64,000 nt of DNA from Cyanophora paradoxa CCMP329. Lineage: Eukaryota > Plantae > Glaucophyta. A program made the translations under genes and the position numbers. Each line of letters begins with the position of its first letter. Position 1 is the first letter of the stretch. The DNA is taken from positions 1 to 64,000 of the forward strand of contig QPMI01000072.1 in NCBI GenBank assembly GCA_004431415.1. The letters run 5' to 3'. The notes under the pieces were generated by a model. That model worked only from the letters and a program-made list of their open reading frames with translations. It made no database searches and had not been told where the DNA came from. Shown piece after piece: positions 12,316 through 25,305 of this stretch.

Positions 12316-14399
12316 TCAGTCGTCGAGCTCGAGGTCTATCACTTCCAATCTTGGAGGGGGTACATCGTAGACGAGCTCGAATGGGTGGTAGCCGGCTCGT
12401 GCCAGTGTCATCGTATCGACGAGATTGGCATTGGTACGCGCAAGCTTAGCGGAGTGCTCGTAGGCTGCCTCGAGCGTTGTTTTGGCTGACTTGGTTGCCT
12501 CGTGCATCTCCTGGACAGCATCCTCGGTGGCCGATGCGCTCAGATGGCAGGCTTGTTGGCAGAAGTCGGAGACGGCACGTAGCCCCTTCTGGATCTCGGC
12601 GACTATTCCGCTGCGCTCCTTCTCTGCGGCGAGATACGCCCGGAAGTGGCCGGCCACCTCACGCGACACAGATATCACGCCAGATGTCGCCGGGGTGTCG
12701 AAGAAGACCTCGACGAGACTATCCGAAGCACCGTACGCCGCAGCGGCAGCTGAAGCTGCGTAGGGAGGGATGCGACGGGGTGACGAGAGGAGGCCACCGA
12801 CGAGCCCCAGTGATTCGAGGCGATGACAATTGTGGACGATATGCTCGAGGGAGTTGAACAGTATGACGTGCTCCTCAAGAGCAGGGACCGCAACGGGGAT
12901 CACGAGTCGCTTGAGGGAGTCCGAGCCAACGTGCTGGGCGAAGGACTTTATGTGGCTCGCACGGTACTTGTGGTCGAAGATGCGAGCAGCAGAAAGGTCG
13001 AGGGAGACGAGGGCATCGAGCGCCTTGCTGAGGCCGTCGCCGAGGTACGGGAGCGTCGAGGGGAGCACGGGGCAACGTAGGACTTCGGTGGTTTTCGGTA
13101 GGGCTCGCACGGGAAGGCACGCGCCGAGCGCGGACGGGATCTCGTTCTCGAAGTGGGTAATGTGGCTCTGGTAACCGCCGCCGCGCATGCCTGGACGATA
13201 CAGACCGTTGAGATTGATGCGCATGGTCGATGGAGCCACCACCGTCGACGAGGGAATAATGCGAGTGCGCGGAGGCCAACTCTCGTACTCTCCGACGGCG
13301 TCGAAGAGGACGATCGAAGAGTCGCACTCGAACGTCAGAGAGAAGGGTGCACGGGGCAGTGGTAGTATGAAGCAGTGCCCCTCGTGGCTGTGACCAGGGG
13401 GGATGGACCCACTGATGATGACTTCACGAGCATCGAAACGCGTCTCAATGAAGAGACCGACGTTCGTCGCGCACTGGTACGCAATGGCTCCACAGGAAAT
13501 CTCGAGGCGTTCAAGAAAGTACGGACCAGCGGACCAGCGTCCGAAACTGCGCAGAGGGCATGAGGGGAAGATACTTGGAGATCGCGCATATTGTTTACGA
13601 TCAATTTAAAATCACAAGTAAAAAAGTTCCGGTTCTGAGAAGGCACCAGAGCTAACAACGAGAAGGCGCACTTGTCAATTTGGGAGAATGTGGGGACGCT
13701 GATGCCAGGAAGCGACGGAGGGTCCAATTGCAGGTCGTCTAAGACGTGAAGCTCATCGACCGGGTGATCGTCGAAGACGAGCACTTTGGCTGACACCTCC
13801 TTGGCAACGTGGTACCATTTGACGTGAACGGGGCGCGCGCGCTCCGGCGGGACGGCGCGAGTGGACAGCGCAAGCAACCACCGATCTGACGGGATGGCTG
13901 GAGACTCCTCGGAGGGGCAAAAAGACTGCTTGACGACGGCGCCAAGGAACTCGGCAATGCGCCGGTGCCGCCAGGGCGGGACGTCGAAGATACGCGATAC
14001 GATACGGAGTAGGCTGCTCTTGCCAGAGAGGAGGTGGTGGACCCAGCGACCGAGGAAGGCAAGAATAGGCGCGGTGTGCTGTTCACTAGAAAGGGGCTCC
14101 GCAGGGTTGACGTAGCCAACGTCGCGGAGCGCCGCGTCGAGGTCGAGAACGACGCCGCGCTTCCCGTGATAAGGGACCACGGACGACGACGACATGAAAA
14201 TACTGCGGGCCCGCCGATGCGTGTGTGCGAACGCCACAGCCGAACGGGGGTCTGATCCGAGGTGACGCATGATTTCGGCCATCACCAGGTCTGGGAGCCC
14301 GTCCAGAGGAGAGAACCTGGAACGGATAGTGGTCGTGTGATAATCAGTACGTACGCGCTCAGCGGGCGGAAGTGGTCGGGTGCGGGGCGCTGGAGGCAT
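12316..14399 (-). CDS. F-box protein with LRR-like C-terminal region, copy 2 (intron 13547-13671; reading frame intact); extra upstream exons likely
   Basis: Same F-box motif (~14195-14306). After splicing the frame reads D-N|FGRWSAGPYFLERLEISCGAIAYQCATN... continuously into ORF 12316-13242 (LVSLDLSAARIFD, NCHRLESLGL). Confidence 0.75.
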
Positions 14400-14444
14400 A
14401 GGGTGGGGTAGAAGCAAAGAGTGCAGTCTGGAAGCGTGGGGCCT

Positions 14445-15895
14445 GGGCTTGAGGATGACGGGGAGTTGAAGGGGGGCGGCCGGGACGAGGAGCTGGAGGG
14501 CAGCAAGGGGAAGGGGGTCTGAGTGCGGCAGAGCAGGTTGATGGAAGACTCGGCCCGGGGCGGGGCGAGCAAAGACGACGGGAGCGGTGAGCGGGCGGGC
14601 AGTGAGGATGACGGCTAGGAGTTGCAAGAGAGTGGTTGCAGGAACAGGGTCTTATACGTCACAAATGGCCTTAGAAGCGAAGTAAAAGAGTGCGCACAGG
14701 CACAGCTCTGCAGGAGCGTCGGCGGGATCCACATGGAGGGCCCTCGCAGGATCCTCAGCTGCAGGAGCTGGTTCCGCAGTGCCGGACGTACTCACGGATG
14801 CAGGGGCATCGGCAGGCGAGCACCTGCTGAACGATGAGGAACGGCGAGCATCGGACACACGCATGAGGGCCCGCGGCATTGCGGAGGCGAGTGTGTACCC
14901 GGTAGACGCATCCGTAGGTGCAGCAGACACAAGGCCCGAATCCTCGGCGTCGAAGGAAGGTGGCGGACTGTGCACAGTATCCGTGGTGCGAGACGCAGTA
15001 CGGGCACGCTCCAACAAGGACCTGCGCACGCAAGCGTGTAGGGAGACCAACTCAGTGATCATTCGACCGTTAGTGCCAGTCGGATACGATATACGCAAGT
15101 GCGGGGAGCTGGTGGCCAAGGGTGGGGGCCGGGCGAAGAGTGCATAGAGCGGGGCGGGGTGCTGGATGCACGTGGCGGAGGCGGGGCGCCGGATGGCGGA
15201 AGAGGCACGGCGCCCTAGACCTAGAGTACAGGAGGAGTGCGGTAGGCACCGGGCGAGGACAGAGGACGGAATATGGCGGGGCGGATGGGGTTGAGGGGGA
15301 CGGAGAGTTGTAGGGGGGCGGAAGGGGTGGGGAGCTGGAGGGCAGCAAGGGGAAGGGGCTCTGAGCGCAGCAGGCAGGTTGATGGAGAACTCGAGCCGGG
15401 GCGGAGAGAACTAAGACGAGGGAAGCAGTGAGCAGGCGGGCAGTGGGGATGACGGCTAGAAGTTGCAAGAGAGTGGTTGCAGGAACGGAGCCTTGTACGT
15501 CACAAATGACCTTATAAGCGACGTAGAAGAGTGCGCACGGGCACAGCTCTGCAGGAGCGTCGACGGAATCCACCTGGAGGGCCCTCACAGGATCCTCAGC
15601 TGCAGGAGCGGGTTCCGCAATGCCGGACGTACTCGCGGATGCAGGGGCATCGGCAGGCGAGTACCTGATGAACGATGAGGAACGGCGAGCATCGGAAACA
15701 CGCATGGGGGCCACGGCATTGCGGAGGCGAGTGTGCACCCGGTAGACGCATCCGTAGGTGCAGCAGGTCCAAGGCCCGGGAAGCTGCTGGAGGTAGCGTC
15801 CTCGGCGTCGGAGGAAGGTGGCGGACTGGGCACAGTATTCGTAGTGCGAGTCGCAGTACGGGCACGCTTCGAAACGGACCTGCGCACGCAGATGC
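14445..15895. repeat. Direct duplication of a ~600-bp module (~14445-15035 and ~15290-15895); older homolog at ~9300-9800
   Basis: Shared blocks such as gttgcaagagagtggttgcaggaac, gatcctcagctgcaggagc and cccggtagacgcatccgtaggtgcagcag in both copies. Confidence 0.9.
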
Positions 15896-17116
15896 GCAGC
15901 GGGACCGAGCCTTGGAATGAGCAGTAGTACTCGTGACGTGGCACGTATACGTAGCGAGCGGCGCACTCGCGATCGGCGGGAACGCGATCAACATCGGTAG
16001 GACCTACAATCGCGTCAGCCGGCCCCGCAGGCTTGCGGGCCCTGCGGCATCACATGTGGTCATCAGTGCAGGCATGGCAAGATGAACGGATGCGATTGCG
16101 ATTGCTTCACGCGGGCACCGACGTTTGGCCATGAAAGCGCTTCTGATAGCTACATGGAAGGTTGGCCGGGCGAGGACAAGTTTTTGCTTGCACCAGTTGG
16201 CCGTCGACGCCTCCCGACTGGCACGGGGGGGTACCTGGCAGTGGGCAGGCCCGACTGCAGGACTGAGAAGGCCCCGTACAGCCTGCCCTGCGCAAGGACG
16301 ACAAGTCCGTAAGCCGCTACGGTAGCAGCACAACAGGCATCCACATCTTTTCCCGCCCCGCCCCAACCCGCGTCCCGGAACGGCGCGGAGAGGCGGCGGG
16401 CGGCGGCGCGGCTCGCCGGCGAAAACAGTGGCACGGCGGGCGACGGCATGGCTCGCCGGCAGGTGTGGAAGCGCGGCGGGCGGCGGCACGGCTCGCGGGA
16501 CGGTGCGGAGAGGCGGCGGACGGCGGCGCGGCTCGCCGGGCAGGGCGGAGGCGCGGCTGGCGGCGGCGCGGCTCCGAGGCTCGCGGCCGGGGCAGGGATA
16601 CAGCGGGCGGCGGAGCAGCTCGCTGGGCGGGGCGGCGGGGCGGCGGGCGGCGGCGCGGCTCGCCACCGGGCGGCCTAGCCCTACGCCTAGCGAACGTTCG
16701 GCTGATACGTATACCTTTAGATGCTGTCTTTCAGCTAGAGTCTGTAGTTTAGACCCCACCATGCACATCCTAAGACGATTAGGGAGAGAAGGCCACGCAC
16801 AGCCTGCGCTGCGCAGGGACGACAAGTCCGTAAGCCGGTACGGTAGCGGCACGACAGGCATCCACCCCTTTGCCCGCCCCGCCCCGGCCCCCGTACCCTC
16901 CTCCCCCACCGCTACCGCCTTCTCCTCGTCCGCGTCGGGGTCGGGGTCGGGGTAAGGGGAATGCGGCGCGGAGGGCAGCAAGGAGAGTGCCGCGGCGGGG
17001 GCCGGGAGGCCCGGCGGCTTTCATGCCGGCGGAGATGTAGAAGGCGAGTTAGGCCGCAATGAGGCCGCCCCCTGTCCCCACCCAGCAAACTCTTTAATTA
17101 CAGGGATCGAGGCATA

Positions 17117-18931
17117 TTATGATTCGTACGTAATATGCCCTCCACACCGTATAACTGGAAAACTAAAATTATAGATAGTGCTGTTCCGCGGATCGTTTGC
17201 GATAACGCAGCAATCACGCAGCACAAGTTGCCGTGGAGGGCAACATTCCAGCAATGACACAATTCCTGTCTCGATCATAACACCCGCAATGTGCGTCAAA
17301 TTCAGCCTGGACGAGTTCAGCCCAGTTCAGACACGCAAAGCAAAAAAAGAGACATGCACCCCTCAAATGTTAGAATCAGTGGAGCAGACATTTTGGACAA
17401 AATCAGTTTCAGCAGATGCAAGACAAATCGAAATTCCCGAAACTCCAGCATCGTCCGTTCCTACGAAAGGAATCAATCAAAAACCCAAGCCAGAGAAACA
17501 AGAGCATATACACATTGCAAGTACTTGCAAATATTCCCAAAGAAACCGCGCCGGAATTAGGGTCCGGCATCATTATCTTGCACACTGAGTCTGCAAGGTC
17601 ACCCTTGATTTTATCATAATACTGTTCTGCGTTGGGCAACATCATGCATTCCTCATTCAGCGGACTGCAATGCAAAGGGCAGTCCGCATCGATGCGAATG
17701 TAAAATCCAAATATCCTGAGTTGGTCCGATATAGTTGAAAAAAACTCCGACAATCGGACAGTTTCTGCTTCAATTGTTGAGTGGCGCCGTAGTGCACCTA
17801 GTGACACCATAGAATGATAGGACTGCAATACTATGCCGCCCAGAAACAATGGCTTCTTTCGTTCCTCCAGAACGGTCTGAAGGCGCGCAAGATCTGATTC
17901 CCTGGCATTCAAACAGATATCCAGCTGTGCTTCGAATAGTAACGGACACGCCTGATTTCCTCAAGCGTGAAATAAAGTTTCGCACCCGTGAAATTAGAGC
18001 AGACGGATAAGGACCGCAAAATGGGAGGTAGGCAATACATCTCTCATCAGCTGATTTAATGGTTGGTCCTTTGCGCAGAGGAAACGCAGTAGATATTGAA
18101 ACACCCAATTCACTGAGGATTGACTGGTTGGCCACCTCGTTCAAGGAATTCAATAATTTACTGGAAAATTCCTTCAGAACGACATCCATACACGGCCGAT
18201 TTTGCTGTTCACTGGCTGTCTGTGACGGGAAAGAAAAGGATCGCTTCAGAATTAGATGGACACGTCACAGTGTAAATCAGATTCACGAACCAACGCGTTA
18301 TAACTGCTCGATGGGGATCCGTACACGAAACTCGACGTTCCCGAACCAGGCACAATTCGACAAGTAACTCATCCGCACGCCCAGAGTGACTGATGAGACG
18401 AGGCAGTTCTACCAGTATTTCGTCCGTGGGTGCTGTGATAAAAACCATCCTCGTAACACTTCCCAAAACCTAGACGAGGACGCAGGGTGTAAGATATGTA
18501 TAATACGTGTCCTCGGCATCATAAGACGCGCACGTGCTCAAGAAGACCATTCTTAGGGTGCGACACTAGCATCCCAACAGCCTGTAACGGTTTATAAGCT
18601 TGAATTGCGCTCATTGCGTTCCCCATGAACAAAAAGAGACGCACTTTCGAGAATGACTCAACACTTATATGAATGAGACCATTAGGTTTCCGCAAAAGGC
18701 CGCATCCATCTCGCACGAAGAACACAGCTTTGACGGGTTTGAAATTTCGAGCCTAAATCACAGGGGAAATTAGATTGAACCACTGCCAATGCAAAATACA
18801 TCATGAACATCATCACGTACGACTCTTCTCCAGCTTTGACAGATTCTTCCGAGCACACAGACGACGGCCCTGTATTGATTGTTGCAGATAAAGTTCGCAA
18901 TTATAAGGAAAATTCCAGGATTCTCGAACAC
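17117..18931 (-). CDS. Third, unrelated F-box protein (multi-exon, at least one frameshift)
   Basis: Exon 18931-18821 reads VFENPGIFLIIANFICNNQYRAVVCVLGRICQSWRRV (F-box-like). Three consecutive phase-0 GT-AG introns link it to ARNFKPV..., AVGMLV... and VLGSVTRMVF..., then ORFs 17770-18189, 17409-17912 and 17117-17299. Confidence 0.62.
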
Positions 18932-19089
18932 CTGCCCGAAAGCAGTGACGCTACAATTTTACATGATATAGAAGTATGTTAACCTGCTGCACTAGGTCCC
19001 GCATACGTGACCCTAGGCAAGGGGTCACACAGCGTGACATAGACGACCGCAACAGAGCAACGTACGCGTTATCCGAGTGGAGATCATTG

Positions 19090-19713
19090 CAAGGCAATAG
19101 GATATAATTCCAGGAGTAAACGTAGGCCGTTGAGGACACGCCGCCGGTCGCGAGCATACGCGGATCCAACTCCGGCGGTCAACGATGCGCGTGAGATAAA
19201 AGCAAAGCGGCGGCAGGCATGAGCACGAGATTGCGCACAGGACGGAGGCGGTGAGGGCGGCGGACGACTACGATGCAGTGACGGTTACGGGCGGGATCTG
19301 AGCCATATTCCTGCAACACCTGTAAGCTCTGGCCGACCACGGACCACTACACAAGAAAGTCTGCACCCGAGCAGCCTAAAACAAGGTAACGAGCACGCAC
19401 TTCGACAAGGCAATAAGACTTAATTCCGGGAGTAATCGTAGGCCGTTGAGGACACGCCGCCGGTCGCGAGCATACGCAGATCCTACTCCGGCGGTCAACG
19501 ACGCGCGTGAGACAAGCGGCGGCAGACATGAGCACGAAGCTGCGCACAGGACGGAGGCAGTGAGAGCGGCGGACGACTACGATGCAGTGACAATTACGGG
19601 CAGGATCTGAGCCATATTCCTGCAACATCTGTAAGCTCTGGCCGACCACGGACCACTACGCAAGAAAGTCTGCACCCGCGCAGCCTAAAACAAGGTAACG
19701 AGCACGCACTTCG
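19090..19713. repeat. Tandem duplication, 2 x ~310 bp
   Basis: gtaggccgttgaggacacgccgccggtcgcgagcatacgc ... cagcctaaaacaaggtaacgagcacgcacttcg present twice head to tail. Confidence 0.93.
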
Positions 19714-19899
19714 GAAATAAACAGCACCTACGGACGGACCGGAGCAAATCCCGGACGGCCGGGAATGCCTGCAACCCTGTAAAGGTGTACCGGGCGGCAA
19801 TTCACAGGGTATACCCCCAGTACATACCGACGGACGTACGTACACAAAAAGTGCACATCCAGGATCCAATGCACAGCGAGCCGGCCCCGGAAATGCACA

Positions 19900-20744
19900 G
19901 CTTGATGTTCCGCAATGCGAAGTTGCTTCGTTGTCGCTTCCGCCTACCTTCTCCTGTACGCGTGTCTACATCCCATTGCACGCCCAACATGCAGCCTATA
20001 CCGATGCAGGCGTCATCAAGCATTCACAACCCAGATACGAATAGAACGGTGGCTCAAGCCGAAGAGTAGATATAAGCACAGATTTTTGCAGGGAAAATAG
20101 ACAGCTCGCAACCCGGCATATGCTTAATTTACGAGGTATGAGTGCATACACAAGGCACAAGGCAGAGAGTATGTCGTTCAACATCAGTTCCCTCGATTCA
20201 AATGTGACGGTGGTCTACTTACTATTACTAACCGGAAAACCTACTGCCAAGTTATGCTCTGACAAAAACGACAGTTCGGGGGGGGACTTCTTCTTCGCAA
20301 ACAATGAAGCGACAGATCTAGACGAATCAGCTGCATCCAGCTTGTCCACTATATCCGAAATGGACGGCACATTTACTAAGTGTCGCAGATAGTCATAAAT
20401 CTCTCTCATTCCAACCCCACTTGTAAAGGGAGCAGCCAGTAGCGGTACTAACATCTCCTCCCGGGTCGCAAGCAGATATCCAATCTGAGACCCAAATTAA
20501 ACACCGAGTGACCATGAGCACCCATGCCAGGAAAAAAAAGCACCTCGTATAACGTAAACGTCACGTCGGCCCTCGAGATATCAAACCCAAAGAAATTGGA
20601 ACATGCAGCATTAAATCTAGATTTCTCGGCATCGACATCCTGAAACGAAGTCAGAACAACATCAGCAGGAGAGTAGCAAGTCGAAAAATTACGAATACCT
20701 GTATCGATGATCCAGAGCTTGACGTACCGGCAGCCTAGTCGCAC
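19900..20744 (-). CDS. Hypothetical spliced protein (orphan)
   Basis: Protein-like ORF pieces 20448-20744 and 20215-20454 with plausible GT donors; no recognisable motif. Confidence 0.35.
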
Positions 20745-20989
20745 ATTAATTTAAATTGTACCCACGAGGCGAAAATTAAACGTTACCTGTACATGAGTCG
20801 ATGGCTCTAGACTCGGCATCCCCGGAGGCAGAAAGGCTGGAAACACGGGCAGCACCCCGCCATGCCTGCAAGACGTGCGAGCTCGGACGTCACCATGTCA
20901 ACTATAAGCAAGAGGCGACTCACGAAAAGGGGACGGCGGGGACAGCGGCCGATATCGGCGTGCCGACGGCCGAGAGCGGTGCCTGAGCC

Positions 20990-21530
20990 GAAGGACTGCA
21001 ACGCGTCTAAGCTCGAAGAACGGAGAAGGCTGGCGAAACCGAGAGGCGGCGCACAGAACCAGGGCGGGAGGAGCTGCATTCGTCGAGTGCGCGCCGACGG
21101 CCTCGAGCTGCACCTGGGCCGGAGGACTGCAACGGGCGTAAGATTCTGCGCCCGACGCAACAGGCAAAGGGGTCGAAGCCTATAGGAGGCTGGCAAAAGC
21201 GAGAGGCGGCGCACAGAACGAGAGCGGGAGGGGCTGCATTCGTCGAGTGCGCGCCGACGGCCTCGAGATGCACCTGGGCCGGAGGACTGCAACACGTTTA
21301 AGCTCGAAGAGGAGGAGGCTGGCAAAAGCGAGAGGCGGCGCACAGAACCGGGGCGGGAGGGGCTGCATTCGTCGAGTGCGTCGAGTGCGCGCCGACGTCC
21401 TCGAGCTGCACCTGGGCCGAAGGACTGCAACGCGTATAAGCTCAAAGCCCGGAGGAGGCTGGCAAAAGCGAGAGGCAGCACACAGAAGCCGGGCGGGAGG
21501 GGGTGCATTCGTCGAGTCCGCGCCGATGAT
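20990..21530. repeat. GC-rich tandem repeat, about 4 diverged units of ~130-165 bp
   Basis: Recurring gagaggcggcgcacagaac...ctgcattcgtcgagtgcgcgccgacggcctcgagctgcacctgggccggaggactgcaacg. Confidence 0.9.
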
Positions 21531-21639
21531 GGACGACGGACGCGAGCCTCCTTCCATGAGTGGCACCGGCACCAACGACCTGCAACGCACGTGAAATTGG
21601 CACCCCGCCGCGACAAGCAAGTGAGCAGGAAAGCGCATG

Positions 21640-22870
21640 GGACGAACGCGGTCGACGTCTGCGTCACGCGGCCGGCCGCAATCATGGGTAGAATGGAAGA
21701 CACATCTAAACCCTCAAAATATTGTAGCATAGGACGTCGAATGCGTAGATCAAGCAGTTTCTCACGAAATACTTTCCAGTGTCTTGTGCACATATTCTGG
21801 CTTAACTGTACGTTTAGATCAGCAGGCGCGTCGATTTCGTCATGCTTCCGCTTCCTCGAAGTAGAAGGATTCGAGTTGACCGGAAGATCCGTAGGGAGAG
21901 GAACGAAAGGCTCCAAGTCTGTGATTGTAATAAATCGAAATATCAGCACAACGAGACATATAGGAATAAAAGATAAACACACTCAGTTTCCACCGAAGAA
22001 AATCGACTCTGACGAAATAACACAACGACGCAAGCATAAAAAGCCCAACCAGTCTCGAGTGTTCAATATACAGTGCTGTGAGGGACAGCAATGTCGTTTC
22101 CGTTGCGCACTCTCGAAGATGATCAGAGATGTGTTTGCCGACGTTGAACACAAGAGACGGCACTTCACCATCGATACGGACGCCAGAAGGAAGGGAAGGG
22201 GACAAAACAGGATGAAACATAGTCGCGATAGACTCCCCGACTTTACGAGCAGTATCCAAAACTGCTTTCACCTCGGAAATGTTGGCTGAAAAAACTCTCG
22301 CCATCCGCTGGACCCTTGAAACCTCTTGTGTGAAGATCACCGATGTCTGCTTGTTAGCAGAAAGATCTGAAGTCCCCTCCACAATTGCTTCCGCAACGTG
22401 TACAGATCCCATGCCCATCTGCAGGAGCACCACAGGCACAATCAATAATAAGAAAGGTACAGCCATTAAGGTGAGCACATACCACATCACTGTCGTTCGA
22501 TTTTGGTTGAGGAATGTCGATATCGTGCAACACACGTGCCTTCGTTCATCGTTAACTACAAAACAAATAATAAAAGGGGGAACGTACCGCATCAGAACCC
22601 GATGGACCCTGACAATCGGAAGATTCAGCAGGTCTCTGAGAACCATGCTTAAGGTGAGCACATACCACATCACTATCGTTCGATTTTGGTTGATGATTGT
22701 CGATATCGTGCGACACACGTGCCTTCGTTCATCGTTAACTACAAAACAAATAATAGAAGGGGGAACGTACCGCATCAGAACCCGATGGACCCTGACAATC
22801 GGAAGATTCAGCAGGTCTCTGAGAACCATGCTTGTTTCCCTTCTGTCTGCCCGCACTACTTCCATGCCAC
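21640..22870 (-). CDS. Hypothetical spliced protein (orphan) with NLS-like RKRKH
   Basis: Long minus ORF 21840-22865 plus a downstream exon DLEPFVPLPTDLPVNSNPSTSRKRKHDEID...; no family recognised. Confidence 0.4.
22466..22833. repeat. Near-perfect tandem duplication, 2 x 183 bp
   Basis: ttaaggtgagcacataccacatcact starts at 22466 and 22649; only a few substitutions. Confidence 0.95.
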
Positions 22871-23427
22871 CTCACTTTCGACACTTCAGGCTTAGTTCGA
22901 TAAGGAGACGGATAATCTACAACCGCAATGACGTCCGATTCAGCTGCAGCATACACAAACTTCAAACACACAGAACAGAGGAGGAATCGGAATGCGAATT
23001 CCACATACCCTCCGAAGATGAAGAAGCTCCCGAATTCGAAGGCGACGGTACGGGGGCCGCAAGGGATGCAGCCGGCAGAGGCGCGCCAGTTCCCGCGAGC
23101 GACGACTGCCCAGTACCCCTGCGACGCGATAAGGGTATCCAGCAGCGCATGAGCTCGGAGGCAAACATAAGCATCAAGTGCACGAGGGTACGTACAGAAC
23201 GGGGGCGGAGGGACCGGCAGTCGGACCACGGGCGGCAGGGCCAGCGGCCATCATGGCCCCGCCAACCGACGGGAGAAGCTCCTGCCCAAAAGAACTGCAA
23301 CGCGACGCACGCACGGTCGCCCGGAGAACCAACATGGCAGGCGGAGGGACTGTGAAGCGCACGGGGCTGATGCAGCGAGAGAGGCGGTTGAGGGCGCGCC
23401 GCTAGGCCGGAGCAACTCCTGGTCAAG

Positions 23428-23990
23428 AGGCCTGCGAGACGCGTGACCTCGGAGATACGGTAAGGCAGACAAAAGCACGAGTAGGCGAACAGGCAAGGGG
23501 CGGCAGGACCGGCGGCCAACAAGGACTCGCCGACAGCTGCAAGTGGACCCTTGCCCGGAGAGCTGCGACACAAACACGTGCGCTCAGACGCGTGACGAAG
23601 CACGAGGAGGCACGAGAAAGCGCACGGGGCGGGGGCAGCGAGAAGAACCGTGGAGGGCGCACCGCCAGGCCCAAACGACTCATTATCCGGAGGCCTGCGA
23701 TGGAGTTTAGCTCGGTGCTTGAGATCGGAGACACGAAGAGACAGGCAGGGACACGAGGTGACGAACAGCCCGGGGGCAGCAGGGACGGCGGCCGTCGAAG
23801 ACTCGCCGAAAGCTGCAAGTGAACCCTGCCGCGGAGACCTGCGACGCATAGGCCTGCACGTTCGCTCAGATTCACGACATGACAGGATGAGACACGGGGC
23901 GGCGCACCGGGCCGGGGGGGCGGGAAGGGACAGAGGGGGCGTGAGGCTGGACCCGACCGACGCTTCATCCGGAGGTCTGGAACGCGTGTT
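23428..23990. repeat. Diverged tandem duplication (~270-300 bp units)
   Basis: gaggcctgcga...gactcgccga(c/a)agctgcaagtg...cggaga(g/c)ctgcgac...cgctcaga occurs twice. Confidence 0.75.
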
Positions 23991-24189
23991 AGCTCGGCAC
24001 GCAACAACAGCAAGATAGTGCAAAAAGCAACGCACGGAGCTAAAGCGACAGATGCGACGGGGATTGCGCAGACTGATGTCAGAGGCTCTTTGCCAGCCAC
24101 CGCCCTCCGATTAGCTTCTGGTTATAACCACCAAAAATCAGAAAGTTGTAGACTAAATTAAGAAGATAAGCACTGAAACAAACAGACCT

Positions 24190-25305
24190 TTTTCTTTCCA
24201 AACTAAATCGTCGACCGCAGCGCGATCACGAGTACGGAAATCGGCCCACCATGACTGGGACTGTACGACAAAAGAATACCACTCAAATACAAAAAGGGAG
24301 TGAAAGGAAAAAAACAACAGGTAATCATACCAGAGATCCCAGTAAGGAAACTGCAAGATTTGTCGATCTAATACTGGTACCTACGCAGAGAATTAAAAAT
24401 CACGAATGAAAGCACTATAGAAAGTAAGATAGATATGCACCCGAAGACTGCCCCTGTACCGCAGAAACTCTAGCATTCAAAATCGCAATCATCTCTTGTT
24501 TACACGAAAAGACCATATCCATGACTTTCGCAACGGCATCATCCAGCAACGGCTGTAGACCTTCCAATTCCTCCTTCTGCGCATCGACTGTAGAGTGCAG
24601 TTTGGGATACGCCTCCTTCGGAAAACGAGATATTTCATCATCCTCTGCAGGAAACAGAGGCTGCGACTGCATCAAGTCCGTAAATTCAAGGTGCAGCGCC
24701 CAAGTCTCCATGCCATGAACGAAGGCCTTCTTTCCAGCCGCAAACATAGAATTCACGTTGACGCCCTCTTCACCTGCGTTTGCAAGAACTCGAAATTCTA
24801 TGCAGGCATTGAAGGTCAACTTGTACAGACTCCATGTCCGATAGTAGCTGCATAACAAAGCTGCGTATTTTGATGACTCCGTTATCAGCAGGTCAAGGTC
24901 AACTATGTAGTCTTCACCAGCAGCCTTAGGTCCGGCCAAAAATGGTCCCAGAGCATCATCTGGCCCCAGAGCATCGACTCCAATCGATGGCATCTTACGC
25001 TTGAAGGATGAGATCTGTTTCTTTACAAGGTCCTTGATTTCGAGTAGTGTGCCAGAAGTAAAAAGTCCTTCTGTAATGAAGGGTTCAAGGAAATCGTCGA
25101 TGTCCGATTTAGCCGTATCCTTTGAACGCAAAAGCTCCCAAGCCAGGCGCATGCGCCGATGTAGCGGGATGCTTGCTACTTTGCATGCACTCAGATAGTG
25201 GTCATCATCGTAATAATGAGCGCACTGAGCTGATATATGCTCCAGTACATTCACCAGGATAAGAAACTCAGACACCCGTCCCCAGCTCATGACGCGATGC
25301 TTCAC
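24190..25305 (-). CDS. Hypothetical all-alpha protein (orphan); ~290-codon exon plus probable downstream exon(s)
   Basis: Uninterrupted 296-aa ORF 24415-25305 with natural composition and amphipathic helices. Confidence 0.6.

Noticed and set aside
17110-17142. 9-bp stem-loop ggcatatta...taatatgcc as a Helitron 3' terminus
   Set aside because: It overlaps the likely last codons of the third F-box gene and is not followed by a CTRR end.
22279-24100. Long ORFs 22279-23355 (+), 22962-24035 (-) and 23423-24100 (-)
   Set aside because: Antisense or repeat-derived, low-complexity, without recognisable motifs.
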